NCBI GenBank assembly: GCA_945897435.1
Contig: CAMDFJ010000006.1
Location: 1-61,755 of the forward strand
DNA length: 61,755 nucleotides
Reading direction: 5' to 3'
Source of the DNA: Candidatus Kuenenia stuttgartensis
Lineage (GTDB): Bacteria > Planctomycetota > Planctomycetia > Pirellulales > UBA1268
In this document: positions 50,813 to 60,634 of the stretch, in pieces
Layout of the letters: every line of letters starts with the position of its first letter
Position numbering within the stretch: position 1 is the first letter of the stretch
The notes under the pieces: generated by a model
Told to the model about the DNA's origin: nothing
Seen by the model: only the letters and a program-made list of their open reading frames with translations
Database searches by the model: none
Position numbers and translations under genes: made by a program

Positions 50813-50899
50813 AGTCTATCGTCTGAAGCAAGTTAGGTGGCACTCTCAGAGCCAATCCGGCGGCTATTCACCACCCTCCGAGCGGCCGTCTGGTAGACT
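50813..50899. promoter_or_regulatory. Divergent TAGACT -10 boxes (minus 50813-50818 for putA; plus 50894-50899, with TG extension, for rpe)
   Basis: Hexamers read directly in the divergent intergenic region. Confidence 0.5.
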
Positions 50900-50958
50900 C
50901 GTTGCTTCGTCGCGTGAGGCAGCGTAGCCCGCCGACGCTTTCCGTCTCGGACGTGCAC

Positions 50959-51678
50959 GTGAATCGGCCGGCAGGACACGCGATCGATCAATTGGCCGTC
51001 TGCCTGGACACCCATGGGCCGGTGATCCTGCCCGCACTGCTGCTCTGCGACTTCGGCCATCTCGCTCGCGAGGTCTCGCGACTCGAGGAGGCTGGTGCCA
51101 GGGCCCTGCATCTCGACGTGATGGACGGCAGGTTCGTTCCCCAACTGACCTACGGACTTGTGGTCGTCGAGGCCGTTCGTCGGGCCGCGAAGGTGCCGCT
51201 CGAGGTCCATCTGATGGTCGACGAGCCTGAGCGGACGCTGGCCGACTACGCCAAGGCGGGTGCCGACATCCTCACCGTTCATATCGAGGCCCTCGCAGAC
51301 CCGCGTCGCACGCTCGACACCATTCGGTCTCTTGGGCCCAGGGCACATCTGGCAATCAGTCCGGGCACGCCGCTGGAGAGGGTCGAACCGCACCTCGAGC
51401 ACAGCGATGGAGTGCTCGTGATGAGCGTCGAGCCGGGCTTCGGCGGGCAACGCTTCAATCCCGTCGCCCTCGACAAACTGCGGGCACTCGACGCCATCAG
51501 GAGCCGGACCGGCGGATCGTTCCGACTCGGCGTGGACGGCGGCATCGCCATCGAAACCGTCGGCGCTGTGGCCTCGGCGGGCGCGGAATTGATCGTGGCG
51601 GGCAGCGCCGTCATCCGTGCCCCCGACTATTCCCGTGCGATCACCGAACTCGAACAGCTCGCGCGGAACGCCGCGTGA
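50959..51678 (+). CDS. rpe: Ribulose-phosphate 3-epimerase
   Basis: HLDVMDGRFVP, EVHLMV, VMSVEPGFGGQ, VDGGI, VAGSA; start approximate. Confidence 0.95.
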   Translation: MNRPAGHAIDQLAVCLDTHGPVILPALLLCDFGHLAREVSRLEEAGARALHLDVMDGRFVPQLTYGLVVVEAVRRAAKVPLEVHLMVDEPERTLADYAKAGADILTVHIEALADPRRTLDTIRSLGPRAHLAISPGTPLERVEPHLEHSDGVLVMSVEPGFGGQRFNPVALDKLRALDAIRSRTGGSFRLGVDGGIAIETVGAVASAGAELIVAGSAVIRAPDYSRAITELEQLARNAA

Positions 51679-51709
51679 CATTTTTTTCACCCCGGAGTCC
51701 AACACCCTG

Positions 51710-52327
51710 ATGGTCGATTCGCTCGTCGTGATCCAGTCTGGTGCCACGGCCTATGATCTGCAGGGCCGGATCCGGGGCACGCTCGACATGCCGCTCTGCA
51801 CCGAGGGAGTGGCGGCCGCTGAACGGGCTGCCGAAGGCCTTCGACAGGCCGCGACCGACCGCGGGCCGATGACGGCTCTCTACTCGGCCACCACGCTCTG
51901 TGCGATTGAAACATCCCGGATCATCGGCGGGGCACTCGGCCTCAAGCCCCGTCGGATTGCCGGTCTCGACAACCTCGACCAGGGTCTCTGGCAGGGCATG
52001 CGAGTGGATGAGATCCGGCAGAGACAGCCGAAGCTCTCCCGCCAGTGGCAGGAAAACCCGTGGTCGGTTTCGCCGCCGGATGGCGAACTCGTCGCGGAGG
52101 CCTCTGAACGGGTCGAGGCAGCGCTCGAGCGGTTGCTCAAGCGGCATGCCGGTGGCCGCGTCGGCCTGGTCGTGCCGAGGCCGCTCGACCAGGTCGTTCG
52201 CTGGCTGACCGGCGGCGAGTCTATCGGCGACCTCTGGACCCTGGATGCTGCCACGGCCTCCATCTCGGAGATCTCGATGGCGGAACAATGGGCTTCGGGC
52301 GGATCGCTGGAAAAGATTCGCAGCTGA
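51710..52327 (+). CDS. Histidine phosphatase-fold protein lacking catalytic histidines
   Basis: IQSGATAYDLQGRIRGTLDMPL..EG, DQGLWQG, PPDGE. Confidence 0.7.
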   Translation: MVDSLVVIQSGATAYDLQGRIRGTLDMPLCTEGVAAAERAAEGLRQAATDRGPMTALYSATTLCAIETSRIIGGALGLKPRRIAGLDNLDQGLWQGMRVDEIRQRQPKLSRQWQENPWSVSPPDGELVAEASERVEAALERLLKRHAGGRVGLVVPRPLDQVVRWLTGGESIGDLWTLDAATASISEISMAEQWASGGSLEKIRS

Positions 52328-52417
52328 CCGGCGGCCTGGTTCGGCGCAGCGGTTCCGATCGGCCCCGGCTAAACTGTTTCCGGCCCGCAACCCCTCAAGA
52401 CGGACAGACCTGACGCG

Positions 52418-53296
52418 ATGGAACGCCCAGTGGCCGCTCACCCCACACCAGGCCCTCCCACTACCGAAACCAGCCCGCCCGCTGGTTCCTCCCGTGCCAA
52501 ACGGGGTGTCCCCGAGGGGCTCTGGCTCAAGTGCGATGGCTGTCTGGCCACGATCTACCGCAAGGAGGCCGAGGATCTCCTCAACGTCTGCCCGCAGTGC
52601 GGCTACCACTGGTATGTCTCGGCCGCCCAGCGGATCAGCCAACTGCTCGATGACGGCACCTTTGAGGAATGGGATGCCACACTCAGGCCCACCGATCCGC
52701 TCGGGTTCCGCGACAAGAAGCCCTACGCCGAGAGACTCGTGGCCGAGCAGAAGCGAACCGGCCTCTCCGATGCAGCCCTCACCGGCAGCGGCATGATCCG
52801 GGCCCGACGCGTCGCCGTCGGCGTGACCGATTCGTCGTTCATCATGGGCAGTATGGGCAGTGTCGTGGGCGAGCGGCTCACACGGCTCACCGAGCGGGCC
52901 ACGGCCGAGAAACTACCGCTGATCATCATCAGCGCCTCCGGTGGCGGGGCCCGGATGCACGAGGGCATCCTCTCGCTGATGCAGATGGCGAAAGTCTCTG
53001 CGGCGCTCGCCCGCCATTCAGCGGCCGGCGGGCTCTTCATCTCGGTCCTCACCAACCCCACGATGGGCGGCGTGGCGGCGAGTTTCGCCTCGCTCGGCGA
53101 TCTCTGTTTCGCCGAGCCGCGGGCCCTGATCGGCTTCGCCGGTCCGCGGACGATCAAGGCCACGATCCGCGTCGAACTGCCGAAGGGTTTCCAGACCAGC
53201 GAGTTCCTCCTCCAGCACGGGTTCATCGACCGGATCGTGGCCCGCAAGGATCTCAAGAGCGAGATCGCCCGGGCGATCGACTACTGCGGCGGCTGA
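52418..53296 (+). CDS. accD: Acetyl-CoA carboxylase carboxyltransferase beta subunit
   Basis: GLWLKC..C zinc finger, [32 protein letters not shown]. Confidence 0.96.
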   Translation: MERPVAAHPTPGPPTTETSPPAGSSRAKRGVPEGLWLKCDGCLATIYRKEAEDLLNVCPQCGYHWYVSAAQRISQLLDDGTFEEWDATLRPTDPLGFRDKKPYAERLVAEQKRTGLSDAALTGSGMIRARRVAVGVTDSSFIMGSMGSVVGERLTRLTERATAEKLPLIIISASGGGARMHEGILSLMQMAKVSAALARHSAAGGLFISVLTNPTMGGVAASFASLGDLCFAEPRALIGFAGPRTIKATIRVELPKGFQTSEFLLQHGFIDRIVARKDLKSEIARAIDYCGG

Positions 53297-53406
53297 AGCG
53301 ACGCCCACCAGCTCCTCGCCGAGAATCTCGATCAGGCCGAGGGGATGTGGGGAACTTTCAAAGGTTTCGCACCACCATTCCAACATCAGCCGGGAGACAA
53401 CCCGCC

Positions 53407-54381
53407 ATGCATCGGACCGCAACGCCCACCCTTGTCGCACTCTTCTGCTTTCTTGTCTGCGTGTCGGGGGGAGGCATCCTCGCCGCTGAAGCCCCGGCCG
53501 CGCCGATCCGCGTCGTCGTCTGGGACGAACGGCAGCCGGAGCAGAAGCAGGCCTACGAAAACTTCCTCGGCAACGCGATCGCAGAGTCGCTCTCACGTCG
53601 CGACGGTCTCGAGGTGCGGTCGGTCGGCCTCGATGACGCCGCCCAGGGCCTCGCCCCGGAGATCATCGACTGGGCCGAAGTGCTCATCTGGTGGAGCCAC
53701 CGCCGCAACGGCGACGTGAAGCCAGAGCCCGTCAAGGCGATCGTCGAGAAGGTGAAGTCGGGGCGGCTGCTCTTCATCGGACTCCACTCGGCCCACTGGG
53801 CGCCGCCGTTCACGGCGCTCATGGACGAGCGGGCCAGGGAGGACGTCCGGCGTCAGTTCGCCGACCTGCCGCCCGAAAAACTCCTGATCACCGAAGTTCC
53901 CGGCTCGAGGAAGGTGCCCGCCCGCGATGCCCGGTTCACGCCCGCCAGCGACGTCGAACGCAAGCCCGACGGCTCGGTCGCCGTCACGCTCCACCTGCCC
54001 GGCTGCATCTTTCCGGCGTTTCGCAACGACGGCAAGCCGAGCACGGTGAAACTGCTCGACCGGCAGCACCCGCTCGCCGCGGGCCTGCCCGAAGTATTCA
54101 CACTCGATCGCACGGAGATGTACGACGAACCCTATCACGTGCCCGAGCCGGACACGGTCGTCTGCGAGGAGACCTGGGCGGGGGGCGAGCGGTTCCGCAG
54201 CGTGATGGCATGGACCGTCGGCGAGGGCCGCGTCGTCTACATTCGCCCCGGCCACGAGACCTATCCGATCTGGAATGACGAACGGATGCTCCGCATCCTT
54301 GAGAACGCCGTTCGCTGGCAGCGAACCCCCGGCGTGAACCCCGGCTCGATCACCAAGCCTGCGGCCGGATCCGGAGGCTAG
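53407..54381 (+). CDS. Exported ThuA-like (trehalose utilisation) protein
   Basis: Signal peptide; VVVWDE, LIWWSH, LHSAHW, EMYDEP, GERFRS, RPGHETYP. Confidence 0.85.
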   Translation: MHRTATPTLVALFCFLVCVSGGGILAAEAPAAPIRVVVWDERQPEQKQAYENFLGNAIAESLSRRDGLEVRSVGLDDAAQGLAPEIIDWAEVLIWWSHRRNGDVKPEPVKAIVEKVKSGRLLFIGLHSAHWAPPFTALMDERAREDVRRQFADLPPEKLLITEVPGSRKVPARDARFTPASDVERKPDGSVAVTLHLPGCIFPAFRNDGKPSTVKLLDRQHPLAAGLPEVFTLDRTEMYDEPYHVPEPDTVVCEETWAGGERFRSVMAWTVGEGRVVYIRPGHETYPIWNDERMLRILENAVRWQRTPGVNPGSITKPAAGSGG

Positions 54382-54743
54382 CCGGTCAGGTTTTGGGAGA
54401 TCTGGTCGATCTTGGCCGCGAGGATGAAGTCGCTCTCTGAGAGGCCGCCGATCGCGTGGGTGTGGATTTCAACCCATGCCCGCCGATAGCCCTCGAGGTG
54501 CAGGTCGGGATGGTGCTGCTCCCGCTCGGCGATCGCCCCGACGTTGTTGAGAAACCTGATCGCCTCGCGAAAGTTCTTGAAGGTCCAGTCGCGGCGGATG
54601 CGGGTGGCATCGTGGGTCAGACTCCAGCCCGAGAGGCAGGCCAACTGGGCTTCGGCCTGTGCCTGAGTCAGCTTCGGAACGCCGCCCTCACATGGCAGGC
54701 ATGCCTTCGCCCGTAGCTCTTCTGCTGTTGAACACTGTTCCAT
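54378..54743 (-). CDS. phhB: Pterin-4-alpha-carbinolamine dehydratase
   Basis: CLPCEGG, AEREQHHPDL, THAIGGLSESDFILAAKID; TAAGAT 6 nt before ATG. Confidence 0.9.
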   Translation of the reverse strand: MEQCSTAEELRAKACLPCEGGVPKLTQAQAEAQLACLSGWSLTHDATRIRRDWTFKNFREAIRFLNNVGAIAEREQHHPDLHLEGYRRAWVEIHTHAIGGLSESDFILAAKIDQISQNLTG

Positions 54744-54892
54744 GACCGCATCTTACAGGAGGAGCTTCTCCATCCCAAAGCGGAACTGATCTCGACCTCC
54801 TCCCCTCCCAGGCACCCGGCAGTGCCGGGTTCTTGCCAGCGGGCGGAACTGGCCAGGCCGTGCCGGCCGTGACGCCCTGATTTTGCCGGAAT

Positions 54893-56155
54893 CTAATACC
54901 GAGCCTCGAAGCCGGCGAATCCGCCGTGGATGATCGTGCTCGAGCCGGCAGTGATGCCCGAGAGGTCGGCGGCGGTCGTGACGTCGCCCGGCCACTGCCC
55001 ATCAGCCTGGGCGATGTTGCCGACTCCGACCACGCGATATCCGACCGACAGGCTCCAGTGATCGGTCACGTCCCAGGCCAGTCCCGTGTCGGCCGATCCC
55101 AGCCAGGAGAAGACGCCGAGCGTCGAGTGGACGTTGACGGGAGCACCGGAGGCAAACACCGCCGGCGTCCCCGTCGACGTGGCCAGTGATGAGGTGTTGG
55201 TGATCGTGTTGCCTGCAAGCAGGAACTTCGAAACCGTCGAGAACCGCACCCGGGGGAGGAGTCGCCAGTCAAACTTGGCCCCCAGCTGTCCGCCGTAGAG
55301 GTTGTTGTTGGTGGCCACGGCGAAGTCGAGCGGAGTCGCCGCCAGCGCCGGGTCTCCTGAGGTGGTGGCGAGCGTCAGCACGTCCTCCAACTGGAAGAAG
55401 CGGAAACCGGCCAGCCAGATCAGGCTCATCGGCCGACTGCCGTCGGCGGGATCCCGGGAAAGAAACTCCGGCCGGTCGCCGGGCGCGTACAGCCAGTTCA
55501 CCTCGATATCGTTGACCAGATCGGACCGGCTGATCTGCTGGGCCGTGGCGCCGCTCAGGTAGTCGGCCGCCGGCAGGCCGCCGACTGTCGCGTTGCTCGC
55601 CTGAGGTATCGCGTTGATGCCGCTGCCGGATACCGCAGCGCTCGAGTCCATTCCGTAGACACCCCAGTAGATGAATTCGACGGCGTTCCGCTGCTGGGGG
55701 CCGAACCAGCGGCCGATGTGGAGGTCGACGCCGCCCGGCCAGGACACCGCAGCGGAGGAGGTCCGGAGCTGCGTCACCCCGGCGAGCGGTTGCATCGTCG
55801 GCGTCCCGGCGGGAAGCGTGCGGGTCATCACGAGCCCGGTTGCACCGGCGAACCAGCGTGGCCACTGCGGTGGGGCGGCGGGCAGCACCGCGGCCGGCAG
55901 TCCTGCGAAGGCATCGGTATCGAGTGGGTCGGGCACGTAGAGCGGCACGGGAGTCGGAACAGGCTCGACGGCTGCAGGAGGAGCGTCGATCGCGGCGGCG
56001 ATGCTGGGCAGCGGTTCGGCCTCCGCTGAAACGGAAACCTGCGCCCATGCCAGCAGAACAGCCATCGCCGCACAGACCACCGCTGCGGCGGCCGGGCCGC
56101 GGCAGACCGGCGATGATCGGGCGTGATCGAAGGCTGTCGACATCTGGAAGGCCAT
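54893..56155 (-). CDS. BBP7-like outer-membrane beta-barrel protein
   Basis: Signal peptide; LAGFRFFQLED, NNLYGGQLG, VGYRVVGV, C-terminal HGGFAGFEARY. Confidence 0.7.
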   Translation of the reverse strand: MAFQMSTAFDHARSSPVCRGPAAAAVVCAAMAVLLAWAQVSVSAEAEPLPSIAAAIDAPPAAVEPVPTPVPLYVPDPLDTDAFAGLPAAVLPAAPPQWPRWFAGATGLVMTRTLPAGTPTMQPLAGVTQLRTSSAAVSWPGGVDLHIGRWFGPQQRNAVEFIYWGVYGMDSSAAVSGSGINAIPQASNATVGGLPAADYLSGATAQQISRSDLVNDIEVNWLYAPGDRPEFLSRDPADGSRPMSLIWLAGFRFFQLEDVLTLATTSGDPALAATPLDFAVATNNNLYGGQLGAKFDWRLLPRVRFSTVSKFLLAGNTITNTSSLATSTGTPAVFASGAPVNVHSTLGVFSWLGSADTGLAWDVTDHWSLSVGYRVVGVGNIAQADGQWPGDVTTAADLSGITAGSSTIIHGGFAGFEARY

Positions 56156-56274
56156 GCTGAACGGAGGAGCCTGCCGGCCGCCGGGAGGGGAATGAGGCGG
56201 GAGGGTCAGCGATCCCCGGGAAGGGGTCAAGGCCGCTTTCTTCGCGGACGGTCGGACCGGGATACACTTTGGCA

Positions 56275-57681
56275 ATGCGCGAACGTCCAGGCAGCCTGCG
56301 GAAGATGGCGACTCCACGTCGGCTCCAGACTGACCTGACCCGGGCCGAGACGCTCGCCTGGCTCGACCGACGGATCAATTACGAACGTGGCATGCCGGCC
56401 GGTCGCGGCCCGGTCCTCGGCCTGGAGCGGATGCGACGCCTGCTTCGGGCCATCGGCTCGCCGCAGAAGGCCTTTCCCGTCGTCCATGTGGCCGGCACCA
56501 AGGGCAAGGGTTCGACCGTGGCGATGATCTCCGCGATCCTCGATGCAGCTGGCTACCGGGTCGGCCGCTACATGTCGCCGCACGTACACAGGCTCGAGGA
56601 GCGGATCGCCATCAACGGCGAACCGATCGACGAGGCCGCACTCGTGGCAGCCTTCGCTGAGGTGATCCCACGGGTCGAGGCCCTCGACGCCACTGCCGCA
56701 AAACGTGCCGGTAGCGGTCCGACATGGTTCGAGGTCGTCACGGCCGTTGCACTCCTCCACTTCGCCCGTTCCGGGGTCGAGATCGCCGTGCTCGAAACGG
56801 GCCTCGGCGGCAGGCTCGATGCAACCAACGTCACCCGGCCACTGCTGTCGGTGATCACCAGCATCAGCCTCGATCACATGCGGGTGCTGGGCCCGACGCT
56901 GGGCCGGATCGCGACCGAGAAGGCTGGCATCATCAAACGCGGCTGTATGGTGATCAGCGGGGCAACGGCGCCGGCGGCCCGCCGGGTCATCGTCGCGACG
57001 GCTGCCCGGCGCCGCGCGCCGCTGCTGCAGCTCGACCGGGATTTCAGCGCATCCCACGTTCCGCATCGGGATTCCGGGCCGCTGGCCGCCGGCTCGAGCC
57101 TGATCGTCGAACTGCCGGCTCGTTACGCCACCACGACCGGACAGGAACGGTATCCGCTCGCGATGGCCGGCAGCCATCAGGCCGCCAATGCGTCGCTGGC
57201 TGTCGTGGCCGCCCACGCCCTCCGGGCCCGCGGACTGAAGATATCCGCCGAGGCGATCGCATCTGGATTGGCACGAGCCAGTCTGCCGGCCCGGATCGAG
57301 GTCGTCTCCAAAAAACCCTTGCTGATCGTCGACGCCGCCCACAATGTGGCCTCGATGCGTGCCCTGCTCGACACGCTCCGCGAGCCGCTCGACAGGCTCC
57401 GGCCGCGGGTTCTCGTCTTCGCCGCCAGCGAAGACAAACAGATCGAACGCATGCTCTCATTGGCAGTCGATCGATTCGATCACGTCGTCATTACCCGCTA
57501 CGCGACCAACCCCCGCGCAGCCGGCCTCGACCGGCTGATCGAGGCCTGCCATTCGGCCGGGCTGCCCGAACCAAGACTGGCCGCGACTCCACACGCTGCC
57601 GTTCGCATGGCCAAAGAGCTCGCCGGCAGACAGGGGCTTGTCTGCGTGGCCGGCAGTTTTTTTCTGGCCGCCGAGATATGA
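56275..57681 (+). CDS. folC: Folylpolyglutamate synthase / dihydrofolate synthase
   Basis: HVAGTKGKGST, SPH...EERI, ETGLGGRLDATN, DAAHN, AGSFFL; ATG 56275 lies 6 nt after TACACT (alternative start 56305). Confidence 0.95.
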   Translation: MRERPGSLRKMATPRRLQTDLTRAETLAWLDRRINYERGMPAGRGPVLGLERMRRLLRAIGSPQKAFPVVHVAGTKGKGSTVAMISAILDAAGYRVGRYMSPHVHRLEERIAINGEPIDEAALVAAFAEVIPRVEALDATAAKRAGSGPTWFEVVTAVALLHFARSGVEIAVLETGLGGRLDATNVTRPLLSVITSISLDHMRVLGPTLGRIATEKAGIIKRGCMVISGATAPAARRVIVATAARRRAPLLQLDRDFSASHVPHRDSGPLAAGSSLIVELPARYATTTGQERYPLAMAGSHQAANASLAVVAAHALRARGLKISAEAIASGLARASLPARIEVVSKKPLLIVDAAHNVASMRALLDTLREPLDRLRPRVLVFAASEDKQIERMLSLAVDRFDHVVITRYATNPRAAGLDRLIEACHSAGLPEPRLAATPHAAVRMAKELAGRQGLVCVAGSFFLAAEI

Positions 57682-57711
57682 ACTGCGGCCAACGATGCCG
57701 ACGGTCAACGC

Positions 57712-59058
57712 TCAGTGGACAGCAGCAATGCCGCGGGCTGATTCCAGGGCGTCGAAGGCCCGATCGAGCACCGGGTCGACATGCCGCGGGAGTGTGGCGG
57801 CCGAGTCGGATTTCGGTGGGGCTCTGCCCGGCGGGTAGGCCGCATCGCGCGCTTCCCGCCAGAGCCTGACGTCCTCGAGCGTTTGTTTGGAAGAATTGAC
57901 CTCCTGGCCCGGATCGGGTGAAACGAACCAGGCTGCAGCCGAGAGGCCGGCGGCCGTGTCCCGCGGCCGGATGTATTCGGTCGTGGTCAGTTTGAGCAGA
58001 CCGCCGCCGTCGGAAAGTGGAACGATCGATTGCACCGTACACTTGCCGAACGATCGGGTGCCGACAACCGTTGCCCGGCGATTGTCCTGCAGGCAGGCGG
58101 CCACGATCTCGGCGGCACTCGCGGTCAGTTCATCGACCAGCACTGCCATCGGCAGGCCCGGAAAAAGGCTGCCGGCAGTCGCATGGCTGACATCGATCTG
58201 CCCCAGCCCGCCGAGGCCACGCCGCCGGGTCGAGACGATCCTGCCGGCATCGAGGAATCGATCGCAGACTTCCACCGCCACCGGTATCAGGCCGCCGGGA
58301 TTGCCCCGCAGATCAAGGATCAGGCCATTTGGCTTCCGACCTGCGGAGATGGCGGCAGAAGCGGCCTCGAGTTCCCCGATCGTCTGCTCTCCGAAACTGG
58401 TGACTCGCACCAGGGCCACCGGCTCCTCTCCTTCGACGAGCCACTCCCAGGAGCCATCGGGCTGGCGGCGATCGCCGCGGACGCTCTCGGTGCGGAGACC
58501 GGCCCGAATCAGCGAGACGCCACGGCGCAGACCGTCGGGCGACACGACATCGACGGCCACCGGCGATCCCTCGCGGCCTCGGAGCGATGTCACGGCATCC
58601 CGCAGTCGCATGCCCTGTGTCGGCACTCCGTCGATGGTGATGATCCGATCTCCCGGTCCGATCCCAGCCTGCCATGCCGGGCCGCCGGGGAGCGGCGACT
58701 GCACGACCAGTTCGCCCTGAACGGCATCGATCATCAGTTCGATCCCGACCCCGCCGAATCGCTGGGCGAACTGGCCGAACGTGTCATGTTCGGCAACCTG
58801 ATTCAGGTTCAGACCCGGATTGAGTCGCTCCGGCCGACCGGCTGGCAGAAACACAGAATGGGCGTCGAGTTGTGAGACCAGACCGCGAACGCCGGCAGCG
58901 AACAGTGATTCCTGATCCACCTGATCGAGATAGTTGTGATCGATGGCGGCCAGTACCTCTCCGAACCGTCGACCCTGAAGCCCGTGATCGCGGGCGACCC
59001 AGGAGAGCAGGCCGACCACGGCCATCAGACAGACGATGAGGAGATTTCGCTTTGGCAT
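57712..59058 (-). CDS. S41 carboxyl-terminal processing protease (PDZ)
   Basis: FGGVGI PDZ, LDLRGNPGG, TASAAE, RSFGK.TVQ. Confidence 0.9.
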   Translation of the reverse strand: MPKRNLLIVCLMAVVGLLSWVARDHGLQGRRFGEVLAAIDHNYLDQVDQESLFAAGVRGLVSQLDAHSVFLPAGRPERLNPGLNLNQVAEHDTFGQFAQRFGGVGIELMIDAVQGELVVQSPLPGGPAWQAGIGPGDRIITIDGVPTQGMRLRDAVTSLRGREGSPVAVDVVSPDGLRRGVSLIRAGLRTESVRGDRRQPDGSWEWLVEGEEPVALVRVTSFGEQTIGELEAASAAISAGRKPNGLILDLRGNPGGLIPVAVEVCDRFLDAGRIVSTRRRGLGGLGQIDVSHATAGSLFPGLPMAVLVDELTASAAEIVAACLQDNRRATVVGTRSFGKCTVQSIVPLSDGGGLLKLTTTEYIRPRDTAAGLSAAAWFVSPDPGQEVNSSKQTLEDVRLWREARDAAYPPGRAPPKSDSAATLPRHVDPVLDRAFDALESARGIAAVH

Positions 59059-59109
59059 GCTGCCGGGTTCGTCGTCGGATCAGATCATTGTGACGGTCGC
59101 CGCGACAGT

Positions 59110-60378
59110 TCAGGCCGTCGCGGAAATCTGGCCGTTTCGGGTCGTCGGGACCGGCTGAAACTGATGGCCCTTCGGTACCACGGTCACGCCTTGCGGCGAA
59201 ATCGTCAACCCCAACCCTGCATCCTGCGCCGGATCAAACCCGATGGTCAGGCCGGCCGGCACCCGCACCCCCTTGTCGATGATCGCCTTGCGGACCTGGG
59301 CGTGGCGGCCGATATCGACCCCCTCGAAAAGAATGCTTTCTTCGATTTTGGCAAAACTGTTGATCCGCACGCCCGGGCCGATGATCGACCGGGTCGCCCG
59401 GCCGCCGGAGAGGATGGCACCGGGGCAGACGAGGCTGTCGGTAGCCTCACCGCGGCGGGCCTCCGGTCCGTCGCCGGCAAACACGAACTTCGGCGGCGGA
59501 TAGGCCGGATGGTGGGTCCGAATCGGCCAGTGCTCGTCGTACATATTGAGCTGCGGATCGACCTCGATCAGGTCCATGTTGGCATCGAAGTAGGCGTCGA
59601 TCGTGCCGACATCCCTCCAGTAGGCATCCCGCTTTCGATTCTCGTCCCGAAATGCGAACGCCTGCACGGAGTGCGTCTGCACCACCGACGGCAGAAGATC
59701 GTGGCCGAAATCATGACGACTGGCGGGGGCATCCGCGTCGCGTTGCAAAAGTTCGAGGAGAAACGGCCAGGAGAAGCAGTAGATGCCCATCGAGGCCAGG
59801 CACATGCCGGGATGACCGGGCATTTCAGTCGGGTCTGCGACCTTTTCGCGAAACCCGCGAACCCGACCGCTGGCATCGACCTCCATCGTCCCAAACTCCA
59901 CCGCCGTCTCCCGCGGAACCGGCAGGGCCCCGATCGTGACATCGGCACCGGACTCTTCGTGGGCGTCGATCAGCGACTGGTAGTTCATCTTGTAGATGTG
60001 GTCGCCCGCGAGCACGAGCACCAGCCGCGGCGCGGCCATCTCCAGCGAGTAGATGTTTTGATAGACCGCATCGGCCGTGCCGAGGTACCAGTTGTCGTGT
60101 ACCCGCTGCTGTGGTGGCAGAACGTCGAGGCACTCGCCGAGATCGCGGCAGAAGAACCTGTGCCAGCCGAGATTCAGGTGGCGATCGAGGCTGCTCGCCT
60201 TGTATTGGGTGAGGAGCAGGACCCGTCGGAGCCCACTGTTGAGGCAGTTCGAGAGGGCGAAATCGACGATTCTGTAGCTGCCGCCGAAGGGCACCGCCGG
60301 CTTGGCCCGATCCCGGGTCAGTGGGTCGAGCCGAGCCCCCTTGCCACCAGCCAGAACCACCGCGGCGACGTCCCGCAT
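59110..60378 (-). CDS. glgC: Glucose-1-phosphate adenylyltransferase (paralog 2)
   Basis: LAGGKGARLDPLT.DRAKPAVPFGG, PPQQR, WYLGTADAVYQN, DFGHD, YWRDVGT; start 60378 or GTG 60408. Confidence 0.95.
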   Translation of the reverse strand: MRDVAAVVLAGGKGARLDPLTRDRAKPAVPFGGSYRIVDFALSNCLNSGLRRVLLLTQYKASSLDRHLNLGWHRFFCRDLGECLDVLPPQQRVHDNWYLGTADAVYQNIYSLEMAAPRLVLVLAGDHIYKMNYQSLIDAHEESGADVTIGALPVPRETAVEFGTMEVDASGRVRGFREKVADPTEMPGHPGMCLASMGIYCFSWPFLLELLQRDADAPASRHDFGHDLLPSVVQTHSVQAFAFRDENRKRDAYWRDVGTIDAYFDANMDLIEVDPQLNMYDEHWPIRTHHPAYPPPKFVFAGDGPEARRGEATDSLVCPGAILSGGRATRSIIGPGVRINSFAKIEESILFEGVDIGRHAQVRKAIIDKGVRVPAGLTIGFDPAQDAGLGLTISPQGVTVVPKGHQFQPVPTTRNGQISATA

Positions 60379-60634
60379 CCGCGTCTTGTCAACATCTCTC
60401 GAATGCACGTCTCCCTCGCCTCCACGCCCTTGGCTCCGCGGGCATCGCGGCTCTGGAATCACTCCCGGCACCGGCCACCGGGAACGTGGCGAATATACGC
60501 TGCCCCTCGGTTTGGGAGCGATGGCATGCCATCCGGGCCGATTTTTGAGGCCATAAACCGATCTGGCAACCCGGGGGACGCTTCCCTAGGATCGCCACGT
60601 TTCCGGCATTTTACAGCCCTCTCGTGACATCCCC

